Source: Rhizodiscina lignyota | Taxonomy: Eukaryota | Reading direction: 5' to 3' | Assembly: GCA_010015805.1 (NCBI GenBank) | Contig: ML978122.1 | Span: 1,708,453-1,772,452 of the forward strand | DNA length: 64,000 nt | In this document: positions 23,348-36,240 of the stretch, in pieces | Layout of the letters: each line of letters starts with the position of its first letter | Numbering within the stretch: the first letter of the stretch is position 1 | Position numbers and translations under genes: made by a program | The notes under the pieces: model-generated | The model's input: only the letters and a program-made list of their open reading frames with translations | What the model was told of the DNA's origin: nothing | The model's database searches: none

Positions 23348-25453
23348 TCATATAGGAGACACGCCATGAATCTCAGGAGTTGATGCATGAATTTCGAATG
23401 ACATCGGATAATCGCCAGTGCCAGTCTCGGAAGATATCGTCCGTGTGTGCGAGAAACCCGTATCACGCTTGCTTGGAGCCAGCGAAAACTCGTCCGTCGG
23501 AGCTGATTCCATTCTACGCAATGCGACTTCTGAGCCATCTGTTGATTATCAGCTCGGTCAAATTCTGGCGGAGAGATTGCCGTAAACTTACTGTCGACAA
23601 CCATATCACGCTCGAAGAAGTGCGTGTATCCTTTTCTGGACTTAGCTTGCATTTCGTTTGTGAAATTTGCGCCACGTAAGATCTTGGCTGCATGGTGTCC
23701 GCGAGACAAAGTTGCAAGTTCGTTCGACTTCCATGCCGGTATTCCGGCCTTGCGAGTCTCAAAGTGCGAGAGGAACAAGAAAAGGTATCCAGCGAGGAGC
23801 AGTACAATAGGAAGAGCCATCCACGGCCACAGCACATGATAGTGTGTGGAGTAGTCAGCATGCTCTCCCGAGACGTTCCTCGCATTATCAGCGCCGTTGC
23901 GGAGAGCGTTCGTCATGCTGGCCGCAACCGAGTGGAAAGTGTCGTTTAATGACTTGCTGTCGAATAAGGGCTGCACAGCCGGAGGACCGAACTCCAAGGT
24001 ACTCGTATTGGCTACGAACCCGTTGAGGTTACCTAAGCTGAGGTTTTTAATGAACTGTGACTGGAGAAAGGAGCTTATACTGTCGACAGCAGGCTGAGAA
24101 ATGTTAAATCCATCACCCAACATCAGGTCCGATCTTTTCACAGATGAGCGGGAGTCGCTGAACTCAAGCGTTGCCAGTCCGGATGCCGATGAACTAAGAG
24201 GCTTCCAAGAGTCAGGCGAACGTTGTGCGGTGGTATTCTCGACACTATTCGGTACGACCGTGCCATTAACTACCGCGCTGGTATATTCGTTTACGCAATA
24301 CCAGAGTCCACATTCCGTGGCTTGCACGGGGAGATTCGGCCACTCTGCCGATGCATTGTGTTTATCTGGTATTATCTTCATGAGAGTTGTAGACCAAAAG
24401 AGGCTGTCCTTGCTCTTGAAGGTCAAAGTTTTGTTGGGGGTGCCGGTGCTGAACGTCGTCATCAGAGTCGACATTGCGTCCCCGATTTTCCAGGTTTCGA
24501 AGGTGTTGATGAAGAGGCCGTTTGGGAGAGACGCATTGACAATTTGGCCTTCAAATTCTGATGTGTTGTCTTCTTCCAGAGATATCACCAGAGGGTCCCC
24601 AGTCACCGGCTTGCCTTTCCGGACTTGATGTGACACGTCGTTGCATATACCACAGACAGCCAGAGATTGGAAGTTGTTCCATTTGCAGTTGCCAGTTGCG
24701 CAATGGTATGAAATCTGCTGTGTGACTGCATCCAAGGGTTCTGTGAGGCCATATAGCACAGCCGATTGCATTGAAAAGTCTGCAGTTGCCCGCACAGCCT
24801 GGAAGTCCTGCCCATTAACTCTAAGATCTAAAATTATGATTAGTAAAGGGTGGCACAATCAACGAAGGGTAAATTACTTGTTGCAGCAATGGTAAATTCT
24901 GATCCCTTGGAATATCTCTGGGCTTGAGCAATAGTGGCATTGTTTTTGAGAGGATTGTCCTGAAACACAAGCCTCGTCTGAAACTGTATCACTTGCTGAA
25001 TGAAAGGATCCACAGCGACTGAGAGGAGGACTATGAGGGCACCGAAGCATGCGAAGGTGCTGCACATCTGTTAACGTTGTTCATATTGTAGATGCGGCAA
25101 GCGAACCCTCCCCTAGTTCTGAACAATAGCCGAATGCTCCCAAGCGGACCTCGACTGGCCTGATTGAGCCAGTCGAATTCGATGAGACGACGGCGGCGCC
25201 GTGAGAATGATATCCACTTCCACTGGCTAATCGCTTCGCAGACGGCAAGGAGCAGCCATCCTTTGCTGATATTGGAGAAGATGGAGACAATAGTGTTCAG
25301 AGTGACGAAGCCATTGTCAAAGACCGGTTTACCATCGAAGTGAGCCAGTAAGACCACGATAACAACGAGCGAAGCTAGAGAGCCAGATAACGCCGCATAT
25401 TCAGTCAGCCAGGTGTCACCGAGGAAGAAACCGCCGTTTCGAGTCGCGGCCAT
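23348..25453 (-). CDS. DUF3176-family membrane protein; 4 exons
   Basis: TLNTIVSIFS...EAISQWKWISF...ASRGPLGSIRLL, VDPFIQQ, CATGNCKW, ATECGLWYCV, ASMTNALR, WPWMALP, PAWKSNELA. The last intron (GTAAGT...CTGAT...ACAG) gives a C-terminus ending at TGA 23350-23348. Confidence 0.8.
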
Positions 25454-26224
25454 GCTGGATCACAACGGCGAACATAGGGCAGCGCAGTTGCGTCGCATGC
25501 CTGAGGAGAGAAAAATGATTGAGACATGGAAGCTGGAGATTCCTAAAAGTTATATTGAGATGCGGCTCTAGTGCCGTTGTATCTGATCTGCAGCCCAAAA
25601 ATAGGCAGTGCATGAATCGAGGCGGAGGCTGTTCGAGGTGCAAGGATGAGTGCCTTCTCAACTCGGTCAACCGTCTCTCTTACTCAGAACCTCTATTGCA
25701 AATGTAGCAAGTCATCAATACTAAATGAGTCGTTCGTGCTTTCATCATCTTTTCGTGCGAATATGTGGTTAGTCTTGTCCTGTTAACGTGGGATCCATGG
25801 GTAGGTGCATTCGCAGTGCCCCTCGAAGTCTCGGATTCTCACAACAAGAATTGTCAAACGAGTTTGCTCACGATCAAAATGTCCTTCGAAGGTCCATTGA
25901 ATTTTCCGAGTTTTTTCATTTTCTTAAGTTTTTTCAGTTTTTTTCAGTTTCATCTTTTTTCATCTTTTTTTCTTCAATTTTTTCATAAGTTAAGAATTGA
26001 AAGCGCGACAGTTGCGCTGCTGAGGCGACCAGGAAAGTTGCACCCATCAAAGGGTATTCAGCGAACGGTTTGATTGTAGTTGGAGCCTCCGTCTGACTCG
26101 GGAGTACATGCACTGAAGCCGTGTTTCGCCGGCGCAAAAGTGAGTTTGGTGATTCTTATACAACCGGCCTCTTTACATACGTGACCTTGAGAGTTTGGTC
26201 AGTCTTATCAATTTCTATCTTGCT

Positions 26225-28098
26225 CTATCTATTCAAACTCTTCTCTCGTATGAACCAAGCACTCAAAGCCGCTCCGCTCACAATAACAATCTGCAACGCA
26301 AATGCCCATCTCGTGCTGTTTGCATAGCAGTCTGCCACAATTGCCCTCACTTCTGGGCTGAGCTGCCGCAGGTATGCAAGACTTTGGCGAACTCGCTCTG
26401 CTATCTCGGCAGCATCTTTACCAGTGCCGAGCTCCAAATCCAAATAATGTCTCAGGGCTTGATTTGCAACCGTTGCTGACAGTGAGACACCGAAGACAGA
26501 CCCCATCGACCTGAAGAGATATGAACAAGCCGTTGCGACAGCTTGATCCGCCTGGGAACAGTTTGCGACTACGACAGTTTAGTATAATTCCTATAAAGAG
26601 AAAATTGTGGAGAGAGACTTACTGATGCCAATCAAGGAAGTGGTCACTCCGATACCATTCGAGAACCCGCAGATGCACATGCCAATGATCATACCAACGG
26701 TCGAGTGCGCAACAAGGCCTGCGAAGAGCAGCACCAGTCCGACACCAATGACCAGGTTGCTATAAGCGATAACGGTGATCCAGTAATATCGCCCAGTTCT
26801 TTGCATGTAGAACCCGCCGAACAAACTCCCACTGACGCCGCAAATGATACTTGGTAACATCTGCAGGCCCGCTTGAGTAGCCGTAATGCCATTGACAGCC
26901 TGCCAGTAGAGTGGGATGTAGAAAATCGCCGCAAGCCATCCACTGAAAGAGAAGAAATTGCACAAGTAGCAGGCAACTAGACTCCGTTCGAAGATGATGT
27001 GTCCTGGAGCGCACGGTTCGGTTGCAACTCGCATCTCCACGTATACGAATATCAGGAAGAGAGGCAGTGAACTGCACAGCGCGGCGAGAGTGTACTTGTC
27101 TTTCCATGCAACGTTACTGCCTCGATCAAGGGCCAGAAGCAAGCTGAATACGGCAAGGACCAGTACGAAAGCTCCGAGGAAGTCGATTCGCTTTAGTTTC
27201 GATCGCCAATGGGTATGGTCTTGCTCCGGCATATGCAGTATCAGTCCCACAGCGACAATAGCAACTGCACATAGAGGTGCTTGGCCGAGGAAAGCCCAGC
27301 GCCATCCAATTGCGTCTGCTAGCAAGCCACCTAACGGTGCACCGGCTCCCGCGCCGGCTGCATATATGATATTAATATAGCCCTGCCACGTTCCTCTCTC
27401 CCTCAGCGACACTGTGTCGGAGAGGATGATGCTAACTACCGTAGTCATGCCACCACCTCCTATTCCAGCAAATGCACGTGCTGCTATCAAGCTTTCAATG
27501 TTGGGAGAGAGACCGCAGAAGAGGCAGCCAAGGCCAAAGATGGCATAGGCGAAGAGTAGGCATGATTTGCGGGAGAAGATATCGGAGAGTTTACCGTAGA
27601 GAGGTTGGAAGGACGTTAGCGTGAGGAAGTATCTACAGAATGTCAGCCACAAGGAACTACATAGCTCATGTTGTATTGACCTTACGCTGTGGCAATCCAG
27701 GACGTGTTGCTCAACGCATTCAAGTCTGTCCCAATCTTACCGTAGCTGCTCACAATGATTGTCTGGTCCGCTGCAGCGAGGAATACCCCGACACTGAGAG
27801 CAGGATATATATATTTCATCCGCTTCCGTACCTCTGGTAATCCTTCCGTTCCCTTTTGTGGCGGGACTGAAGTCCCATCTTGTCGTTCCAGATCATCGTC
27901 ACCCGCGGTACTAGAAGTCGATATAGGAGTATCGACTTGCGTCGTTGTGCCTGAGGCATCTGTCGAGCCATAAGAGATGGTGGCGTCCTCAGCGCCTTCG
28001 GGAACCAGAGAAGCTGAGGGATCGATATGAGGGAAGTTATGATGGTTCGAAGTCGGGTGAAGGAGTGGTGCTGTCTCTGAGGGTTCGCTCGCCGGCAT
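26225..28098 (-). CDS. MFS transporter, 14-TM DHA2/Vba-type; 3 exons
   Basis: FLAAADQTII, WIATA|YFLTLTSFQPLYGKLSDIFSRK, ARAFAGIGGGG, SLRERGTWQG, GWRWAF. Confidence 0.92.
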
Positions 28099-29502
28099 GT
28101 TGCTCTGTTCGATTAATACTCGAGCGAGACCGGAGTCGCACTTGAGCGGAATATGGAAAGTAGACAGCGGAGGGACGATGAGGTCGCGTGTGATACCTAC
28201 TCCGCACCATGTATACAAGTATTCTTAACGTATAACACTTACAAATTGCTATCTTTGTTGGATCGGCATTTCTACATGACATCGGCGTTCTGTGCCGAAG
28301 ACGAGCAATTGCAGCTGCCCGCTTTGATAACGGTTAATGCGGCTGTCGTCGGGTCCTGCAAGCGGTACCACTGCACCGGTGTCGGTAGCAGCAGCAATTG
28401 TAATATGCTTGGATCCCAACATTGTACAATTGCGTGCTCAGTAGAGGAGGCATAGACTATTGGTGGTGGTGAACGAGGTCTGTAGGTGAATGGGAGCTTG
28501 GATCTCTGAATCTCAGCATGTCAGCAAGATCTTCAGCGGCGGCCGTCGCCGTCTCAGAACTGGCCATCAGGCCATTCGGGAATCCCGAGACAACCGGTCT
28601 TTTCACTGCATCACCATCAACGTCAATACACCAGCATGAAAATTCGTTTTTCATGCTGCCTGAAAGGAGTCCAAGTTGCATACTTCAGCAGAATACTACG
28701 GAGTACTTTCTTTGACAAGGGGTCTCTTCTGCCCCAATTGCTGTTGACATATGTTTGCAAGCGTAATAGAAGCCAGCCTAAAGTCAGCTAGTAAGTATTG
28801 TAAAAGAGAAGCGTGGACCGATGTATATCGATCATTTACCTTCTGCCCACAGATGAAGTGCACCGAAAAGGCATTTCCTAGGCAGAGTCGCTGCACTTTC
28901 GTATTCTAGATACAAAATCACCTTCAACGCAACTATCCAGGATCTTTACCCCTGTCGTAGACAATATCAACGGGTAGCTACTCATTGTATCAGAGTATGA
29001 GTTAATTTGGTTGGGAGTGCCAGCAGGGAGTACATACGAAGTGAGGGTTCGTCATCCTTCATGGATATCAGCGGTGGACGTTTGATGTTCCTGTATCGAG
29101 TTTACAATATCTTTGGGGACGTTATCAAAGCGTACTTCGTTCGCCAGGAGATGGATGGCGGTGCAGGGCAGCCTGGTGGAACAGAGTAGAGTGTAAACAC
29201 ATAACCCTAACCCTATAAATCACTCTAACACGTTTGGAATATGTTAGGTAGGGTTACCAAACCCTAACAACCAACACAACACATGTTGACTAGGGTTTCA
29301 CAACCCTAGTCATCGGCTCCAAACACCTATTGCGCATTTACAATAGCGCAACGTTACCTACTTCGTACCCTGATAATGATGTAGCAAGGAATTATATAAC
29401 ATCACCTCTACGTCTCTTCAAAGAAGCCAAGAGGTCATTTTAATGTTCAATTTCTCTCCGATCATAATCTTACAAAGCGCTTTTCAGAATTTACATATCG
29501 TT

Positions 29503-32334
29503 TCAAATCTGGCCCACGTCGATCCACTCCTCGATAAAAGAAGTCTTCCTGCTTTGGCCTTTCAGCATGTTCAGCGTCGCCAGGAACTCCTGCCAACTGA
29601 TCAGTCCTGGTGCGCCCCGCTCCTCGATTTCCTTTTCGTAGGCATTCAACTCGGACCATAAGGCTAGCAGTTCTCTATGTCCAGGGCCGTCCGATGCCGA
29701 CTCCACCACTGTTGGAATTTCCGGAGTGGTGGGATTTGTTGGATTTCCATCTTCTTTTGACTGAGCGGAGCGGATGCCTCGATTGAGGTCTGCAGAGGAA
29801 GGTCGATGATGGGGCAACGTCATGTCCACATCACTATTAATCGCGTGTGCTGGAGCTGGATTTCCTACTTCTGGAGTACCAGCCTGCATGTCTACTGCAT
29901 CGCTCAGAGGCAAAGGCGGATATTCCCTGACGGAGTATCCAGCTGCAACGAGCAGGTCTTCTAGCGAAGACTGCTGTATATCATTGACAAGGCCGTCCAT
30001 GATCTCATGAATGTTGTGTGCCGGAGCATTGTTGGTAATTGAATTGGTTACCTCGTTAACGACATCGGCTTGCTGCTCCTCCGGGACTTGATTTGGGACA
30101 GATGATATGTGCCGCGCATGTGCGCTTGAAGCGTCCGATTCATCATCATCATTGGGAGGCCTCTGTGCCTCGTCGGCATTCTGCTCCCTCTTTGACCGCT
30201 CCACTGCCACTGCTGTTGCGACTAATGGGTCTTTCTCGGCCTCTGCGGCTTCCTCCTTCGCCCTCTTTTCTTCCTCTTCATACTCTGCAATCTCTTTTGC
30301 CCACCTCTTGCGGGCTTCTCGAGTATCCTTCACTCGCATAGCCATGTCTTCTGCGCGTTTGAAGAAGGGATTCAGCATCTCGATGAATCCTTGCTGGGTG
30401 ATTTGGTAGAGTATATCGCTCCCAATATTTCTTTCATCTTCAGGGATCTCGTAACCGCCCCAACGTTCATTCTTGGGCCGGTGAGAGGAAATCGAGGCAT
30501 TTGAGCGAGTCTCGTCGTCGTCCAAGAAGCGAACCTTTGAAGACGAGCGAGAACGGGGCGACAAAGGTCTGGATCCTTCTGGAGTCTCTCGGAGCGCAGA
30601 TCGAGGAGCTCCGTTGGCTTTGTGGTCGCCATCATTGTCACCATTTGGCTCCGGATCATCGTCTGACTGATAGCCGGGTGGTGGCGAGGCACCGTTCTCT
30701 TCGTCGACATAAAATTGCCGCCGTTGCCAACGTTCTCGCCGAATGTCGTCAGTCCATCTGTTTTCTCGCCCTCCTACATTCCAGAGCGACTCAGTGTCGT
30801 CTCGATCCTCCGCGATGACGTTGTCGTCAAGTGCGCTCGGTTCCCAGGGCACGAAGGAGGAGTTGGATTCGATTATAGACTCCTTCAATGGGCGGGTACG
30901 CGGTCTACGTTGCTGGTCAAGAGGAAAAATCGAGTTGAGAGGCTGGCTACCGTCGATACGATTGCGTTCTAATAAGAGGTGCAATTCTTCTTCCTCGAGC
31001 ATAAGGTGATCACGCGTAATCTGCAATTTGATGATGAAATGGCTGCGGAACATGTGAAGACAATCTTTCCTCGATATGTAACCGTCGCCATCTTCATCGT
31101 AGCCGTTAAAGACTGCTTGGAGCTTCCTCAGATATCCCTGCTTTAAGCTCTGTATCGAGAGCCCCGCGACGAACTCTTCGAATCCAATACAACCGTCATC
31201 GTTGCTGTCGAAGAAGGTGAAATAACGCCGGTAGACAAAGTTATCCTTTGGAGGTGAAATCCAACTTGGAAGAAAGGCTCTGTTGAAAGAATTCGCGTCA
31301 ATCGCCGCACCAAGTTCATTCGGATCGCCTTCCCAGGGATGTACGTTTGCGAGACAAGTGAACTGATCGTATAGCGCATTTAACTCTTCTGGATCAAACT
31401 TCGTCTCCTCTACTAGCCGCCTCCTTAGGTCCTGAGGGAGTGCTCGAGGCAACATCCCTGGCTCGCCTGGATATATGACTGGTTGCATCTGCCGCGGTGA
31501 ACCAAGATATGGTGCAGGTATGTTAATCTTGATGAACAGATGAGTCTTGGTGTGCTGCCCTTGAGCTTCGCAATCAGAGCAGAGATCATAGTCCGCACAG
31601 TTGATGCAGTGCCATCGTACTCCGTGAATAGGGTACATATCACACGCATTGCAGCCCACCCCACGGTGCACATAGCCATCTTGCCGAGCGCGGTCCTCGC
31701 TGATGTGGTAAAGGAGCTGGGTAAGTGCGGTCCCAGTTGGTTGCTGGCCTGCAATCGTTTGCATTGGTTCTGGGATAGCAAACTCTGTTGCAGCGACGGT
31801 GGCCCTTTCCTCATCATGATCTAGCGGAACTTGATCAAATAGATTAGACGGTAGATCGCGTCCACGCATGAAATCGTCAAATCCAGGAGTCGAACGAGGG
31901 ACACGTAGATCACCGCGGACACCGAGCCACCTAAAGATTTCGAGCAAGGCCATCGTTCGCGCTTCGATGTATTCCTCCATCGAAAACTGGTCGGTCCCCA
32001 CTCGCCCAAGAACGCTGTAAAAGTGATCCAGAGGTAGTTCAGTGCGGTGCTCTCTGCCACTGTGAACGGCTTGTAAGTCATCTGAAATGATGGCATCTTG
32101 GGGATTAGGCGCGCTCAAATGATTTGGATGGGTTTGAGTAGACTCTGGGGAAGGTGTGGCGCTCCGTCGCCGTCGTCGATGAATTGCGCCGCGTCGGGTT
32201 AGCTGTGGTGCTGCAGCAGGTGCTTGAAGCGAATTGTAGAGCTGTGCGGCACTCGCAACCGCAGTAATTCCAATAATCACATAGATTATTGGCCGATAGC
32301 GGCCCAGTGATGAGCTCGAGGCGGAGGAGTCCAT
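29503..32334 (-). CDS. ZZ-type zinc finger plus EF-hand protein with an N-terminal TM segment
   Basis: VHRGVGCNACDMYPIHGVRWHCINCADYDLCSDCE (ZZ finger); EF-hands DSNDDGCIGFEEF and DEDGDGYISRKD; first ATG at 32334. Confidence 0.88.
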   Translation of the reverse strand: MDSSASSSSLGRYRPIIYVIIGITAVASAAQLYNSLQAPAAAPQLTRRGAIHRRRRRSATPSPESTQTHPNHLSAPNPQDAIISDDLQAVHSGREHRTELPLDHFYSVLGRVGTDQFSMEEYIEARTMALLEIFRWLGVRGDLRVPRSTPGFDDFMRGRDLPSNLFDQVPLDHDEERATVAATEFAIPEPMQTIAGQQPTGTALTQLLYHISEDRARQDGYVHRGVGCNACDMYPIHGVRWHCINCADYDLCSDCEAQGQHTKTHLFIKINIPAPYLGSPRQMQPVIYPGEPGMLPRALPQDLRRRLVEETKFDPEELNALYDQFTCLANVHPWEGDPNELGAAIDANSFNRAFLPSWISPPKDNFVYRRYFTFFDSNDDGCIGFEEFVAGLSIQSLKQGYLRKLQAVFNGYDEDGDGYISRKDCLHMFRSHFIIKLQITRDHLMLEEEELHLLLERNRIDGSQPLNSIFPLDQQRRPRTRPLKESIIESNSSFVPWEPSALDDNVIAEDRDDTESLWNVGGRENRWTDDIRRERWQRRQFYVDEENGASPPPGYQSDDDPEPNGDNDGDHKANGAPRSALRETPEGSRPLSPRSRSSSKVRFLDDDETRSNASISSHRPKNERWGGYEIPEDERNIGSDILYQITQQGFIEMLNPFFKRAEDMAMRVKDTREARKRWAKEIAEYEEEEKRAKEEAAEAEKDPLVATAVAVERSKREQNADEAQRPPNDDDESDASSAHARHISSVPNQVPEEQQADVVNEVTNSITNNAPAHNIHEIMDGLVNDIQQSSLEDLLVAAGYSVREYPPLPLSDAVDMQAGTPEVGNPAPAHAINSDVDMTLPHHRPSSADLNRGIRSAQSKEDGNPTNPTTPEIPTVVESASDGPGHRELLALWSELNAYEKEIEERGAPGLISWQEFLATLNMLKGQSRKTSFIEEWIDVGQI

Positions 32335-32718
32335 GTTGGCAGTAGCTCGCCTTTGCTCTCGCGATATCCAAAATGGTGGTGAGCTCAAGCTCGGGGACAA
32401 ATATTTATTTGTACCGCATCATGGAGTGTTCTGTCTCTCGGCACAGGTTGCACGGGAAACAGAACACATGCAGGCATCGAGTGTTATTTCGTGCCCCTGA
32501 AACACTTTTGATTTTATCTGAAAAAGTTGAATAGGATGCTAGCGGTGCTCGGCTTAACGTCGGCATTGTTGAGGGCTTGGAGCTGGCGCGGGAGCCATGC
32601 CATGCCATGCGTATATCATCGTGGTGCTAGCGTGTAGCTCTTAAACCTTCCTTAAACTCCACATCATTGCTGCTTCTCATCAATGACCTCGCAAATATCT
32701 CAAGTGTCTCTTTGAGAT

Positions 32719-33754
32719 ATGAATGATGAGGCCTCCTCATCTTCCGCACCGCCGCCTATAGCCTCCCCAGATCACGACGCAACGGTGCCTGCGGCGACAG
32801 CGGCCAGCGATGAGGTAGTGCACGCGGACAAGGATGCGGAGGAGGAGAGGAGCAAGATAGCGGCCAAGAAAGCTGCAAACCTGAAAGATGTAATTCGCAC
32901 TTTCGATATGCTCGTATATGCGCAGCTGGCTGCTGTATATTACATGGAGTATTACCCCCAAACTCACCTTCGCCTGAACTTTCGTTGACAGCTAATGCAG
33001 TACCTCTCTGCTTCGTTTCCTCCTCCGATCGTTCACTCAGCTTCTGTACCTTACTCCAAAGCCGCCGATGGTGCCTACACCCCCAAATCTCAAAGACCGG
33101 CCCTATATCGGCGCTATCGTGGGTGTCAATCTATTCTGCCTGTTACTACATCTGTACCTATCACACCCTTCGGCTGGAGAGGCGACGCGTGGATACCTGC
33201 ATGGCGGACTCATGATTGACTTCATCGGTCAGAAGGGACCTACATCGAAGTTGCGTTTGGTCTTACTGGATTTAGCAATCACCGCATTACAAATGATCAT
33301 GCTAGCAGTGACGGCCGAAGAGAAGAAGGCGGAGAAGAAAGGCAAACGAAGACGCAAGAGCCATCGTCGGCAAGCCCAGGATGCCTCTACGTCTACATCG
33401 ACCGATCACATACCTCACACGACATCAGAGACCCCAGCTACAGAGGAGACGGCTCAATCGACTTCGCAGGATCACGATGCTGAAGAGCAAGGAGTCCGTC
33501 GATCGCTTGAATCGGCTCCCCTATTGCGCAACTCTAATTTTGCAGAGCTCGATTCTCCTGCTGCAAATAGAGAATTACTCGATCGGTTGACCTCTGGACA
33601 AGCGATAACAGCAAAGTTCTACATTGTCGATGCGATGCGCGATGAATGGCGTGCGTATGGAGAGGTATCTCAGTCCGGAGCGACAAGTGCAGAGAGCCTA
33701 GCAGCGGCGCTCTCAAGAAGTAGCAGTGCGTTGAGAAGGATGCGAGGAGGGTGA
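32719..33754 (+). CDS. dsc4: DUF1746 protein, DSC E3 ubiquitin ligase complex subunit Dsc4/DscD; 2 exons
   Basis: FDMLVYAQLAAVYYM(D)|TSLLRFLLRSFTQLLYLTPK and PSAGEATRGYLHGGLMIDFIGQKGPTSK are the DUF1746 signature. Confidence 0.85.
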
Positions 33755-34710
33755 AAGATGTCTCCTTTCCCCGGCTCTTGCGTCCGCTATCATGGAAGTC
33801 TTCTCGGAACCGGTCGACCCACCTGCTCCCTTCGGCCTCTCTGCAGTTGTGGAAGTCTCCTCATTCCTGGTCGCAGCTTTTCCTGCTTTCTCTCCGGTCT
33901 CTCCCCGATTGTGGAAGTCTCCGAAGCGGTCGATATCGATCTTTACGCTGGCGGACTCGCTCGCTGCCACTGCAAGTTTAGGAAAGTCTCAGGTTATTTG
34001 AAAGCCTGAGCTCATCCCTTGAGGGAGGCAGAGAACAGGACTTCGATTATCAAGTCTCAGCAGGAACAGCAGAGGGCTTGTCCGGAGATAAATAGAAGCA
34101 TAGCGCAAGTAGAAGTCGACCAGTTGGGTGGAGAGAGCACGATCATGATTGGAAATGGCTTTTCGACTATGAAAAGCGTCTATCATCAGACGCACATACT
34201 CAACATAAATATAAATCCTCTGCCTGGTCGTCTTAATTGACGCCATGCACACACTGCTTTCGGTCAACTCGAGGGTGACCAGTTGAGGGGAACTTGCTAG
34301 CAACAGCTTTCAAGACGCCGAACAGCAATAGTGTGTAGCCTCTGTAATCAATAAAGTGTACAGGTTTTCAATGTTTCATTGTTGTTCAGTACACTCCGAA
34401 GAACGTACAGTTGAGCCTTCAGAGGTAGTTCCGCCTACCTTGAAGAGCAAGAACCATTCGGCCCTACGGAGGTGGTGCAGCGGCCAGCGATTTGGCACGT
34501 AGGATTGGTGGTTAGTACCGAAAGTTAGGTGGCTAAGCCACTAGAGTTGGTTCATCTCCGGGCACCTCTGTCGTTCCCGGTGCCGAGAAGCTGGCTCCTT
34601 CGTTAGTTGTGGCAGTTTCTCAGTTGCAGTCGGCCCGATCAAAGTTCGAGCTTCGACATGGCATGACCGCATCCACAAGGAACATCTTCAATCACTCAAT
34701 TGAGCACGGC

Positions 34711-36240
34711 ATGCTCATCCAACCCCGCCTAGCTGCGCCTTTGGCCAGCTCAGGCTATGATACTGTTTACCTCAAATGCCTGCGGAAGCTCGCACGACCT
34801 TCGAGCTCCGGAAGGCGGCCATTCTCTACCAATCTTACCCGCCGCAATGCCACCCTTTCAGCGCGACCGCCCTCAGTCTTCACAAAAGAGTACTTCTGGC
34901 CTAATTCTTTACTCCAGACTTCTCGGCAGGGTTCGAAGAGGCAGAATGTTGTCCAAATCACACCGGAGGCATCCGGAGAGAGAATAGGCGCAACGCAAGC
35001 AACTTCAGAAGCAGCAGGGCATAACGGCAGTCGGTCGGCATCAGAGATTGAGACTCTCCCTCACAGACGAAGACGACGGAAACAACAAGATCCCAATGAT
35101 CCAAAAGACCCGTCAAACTCAGAGGTCATTCCCCCAGATGCCTCGTCCCGCCTCACAACCGCCTCGACAGCCGCTCCCCCTTCGTCGCTCCGCAGGCGTT
35201 TCGCGCTCTTTCTATCACTCTCGAAGCCTCGTCTCACATTCCTTATCGTCCTCACCACGGCAGCGCCCTACTGTATATACCCTACACCGGATCTTCTTTC
35301 TCCGGCTACCACAGCCGCCCCCTCCCTCTCCGCCCTCACACTCTTATTCCTCACGACCGGCACGGCGCTTTCCTCCGCCTCTGCAAATACATTCAACATG
35401 CTCTTCGAGCCGAAATACGATGCGCAGATGAGTAGAACAAGAAATAGGCCTTTGGTGAGAAAGCTCATTTCAAAGCGCGCTGCCGCCATCTTCGGAATCC
35501 TCACGGGAATCGCGGGAGTCGGGGCATTGTACTATGGCGTCAATCCTACGACGTCGTTTCTCGGCGCGGCAAACATAGTCCTCTACGCTGGGACATACAC
35601 GCCTATGAAGCGGATCTCAGTGGTGAATACCTGGGTAGGCGCGCTTGTGGGCGCAATCCCTCCGTTGATGGGATGGACGGCCGCGGCTGGACAGTACGCA
35701 TCCGCTGGTGACGGCTGGAGAGAACTGCTCTTCACGCAGCAAGCAGCAGGAGGCTGGTGGCTCGCCGCATTGCTATTCGCATGGCAGTTTCCACACTTCA
35801 ATGCGTTAAGCCACACCATCCGGCACGAGTACGCTGCGGCCGGATACAAGATGCTCTGTTCTGTCAATCCGGCACGAAATGCTCGTGTCGCGCTTCGATA
35901 TTCGTTTCTCATGTTCCCAATATGCTTCGGACTGGCAGCTTCGGGAGTTGTAGGGGGAGGAACGGCGACTGCGCCGACGACACTGCTTTGGACGGCTGGA
36001 AGCAGTGCCATCAATGGGTGGATGAGCTGGCAGGCTGTAAGATTTTGGTGGCACGGCGGAAGGAAGGGGACAGCAAGAGGGTTGTTCTGGGCAAGTGTGT
36101 GGCATTTGCCTATCCTGCTTGTCCTGGCGATGGGCCTGAAGAGAGGCATCTGGCAGAGGGTCGCAAGGAGCCTAGGATTTGGCCTTGAGGATGAGGAAGA
36201 CCTTGAAGATGCAGAGACTCTTGAACGGCCTAGTGATTGA
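34711..36240 (+). CDS. COX10: Protoheme IX farnesyltransferase, mitochondrial
   Basis: [80 protein letters not shown]. Start uncertain (34663 or 34711). Confidence 0.95.
   Translation: MLIQPRLAAPLASSGYDTVYLKCLRKLARPSSSGRRPFSTNLTRRNATLSARPPSVFTKEYFWPNSLLQTSRQGSKRQNVVQITPEASGERIGATQATSEAAGHNGSRSASEIETLPHRRRRRKQQDPNDPKDPSNSEVIPPDASSRLTTASTAAPPSSLRRRFALFLSLSKPRLTFLIVLTTAAPYCIYPTPDLLSPATTAAPSLSALTLLFLTTGTALSSASANTFNMLFEPKYDAQMSRTRNRPLVRKLISKRAAAIFGILTGIAGVGALYYGVNPTTSFLGAANIVLYAGTYTPMKRISVVNTWVGALVGAIPPLMGWTAAAGQYASAGDGWRELLFTQQAAGGWWLAALLFAWQFPHFNALSHTIRHEYAAAGYKMLCSVNPARNARVALRYSFLMFPICFGLAASGVVGGGTATAPTTLLWTAGSSAINGWMSWQAVRFWWHGGRKGTARGLFWASVWHLPILLVLAMGLKRGIWQRVARSLGFGLEDEEDLEDAETLERPSD

Noticed and set aside
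23230..23545. C-terminal extension of the DUF3176 ORF in the track
   Set aside because: It reads through a canonical intron; the spliced frame ends at 23348.
29202..29215. TAACCCTAA as a telomerase RNA template
   Set aside because: Pezizomycotina telomerase RNAs are long with a template-proximal pseudoknot. Only about 290 nt remain before a gene on the opposite strand, and I could not see the pseudoknot.
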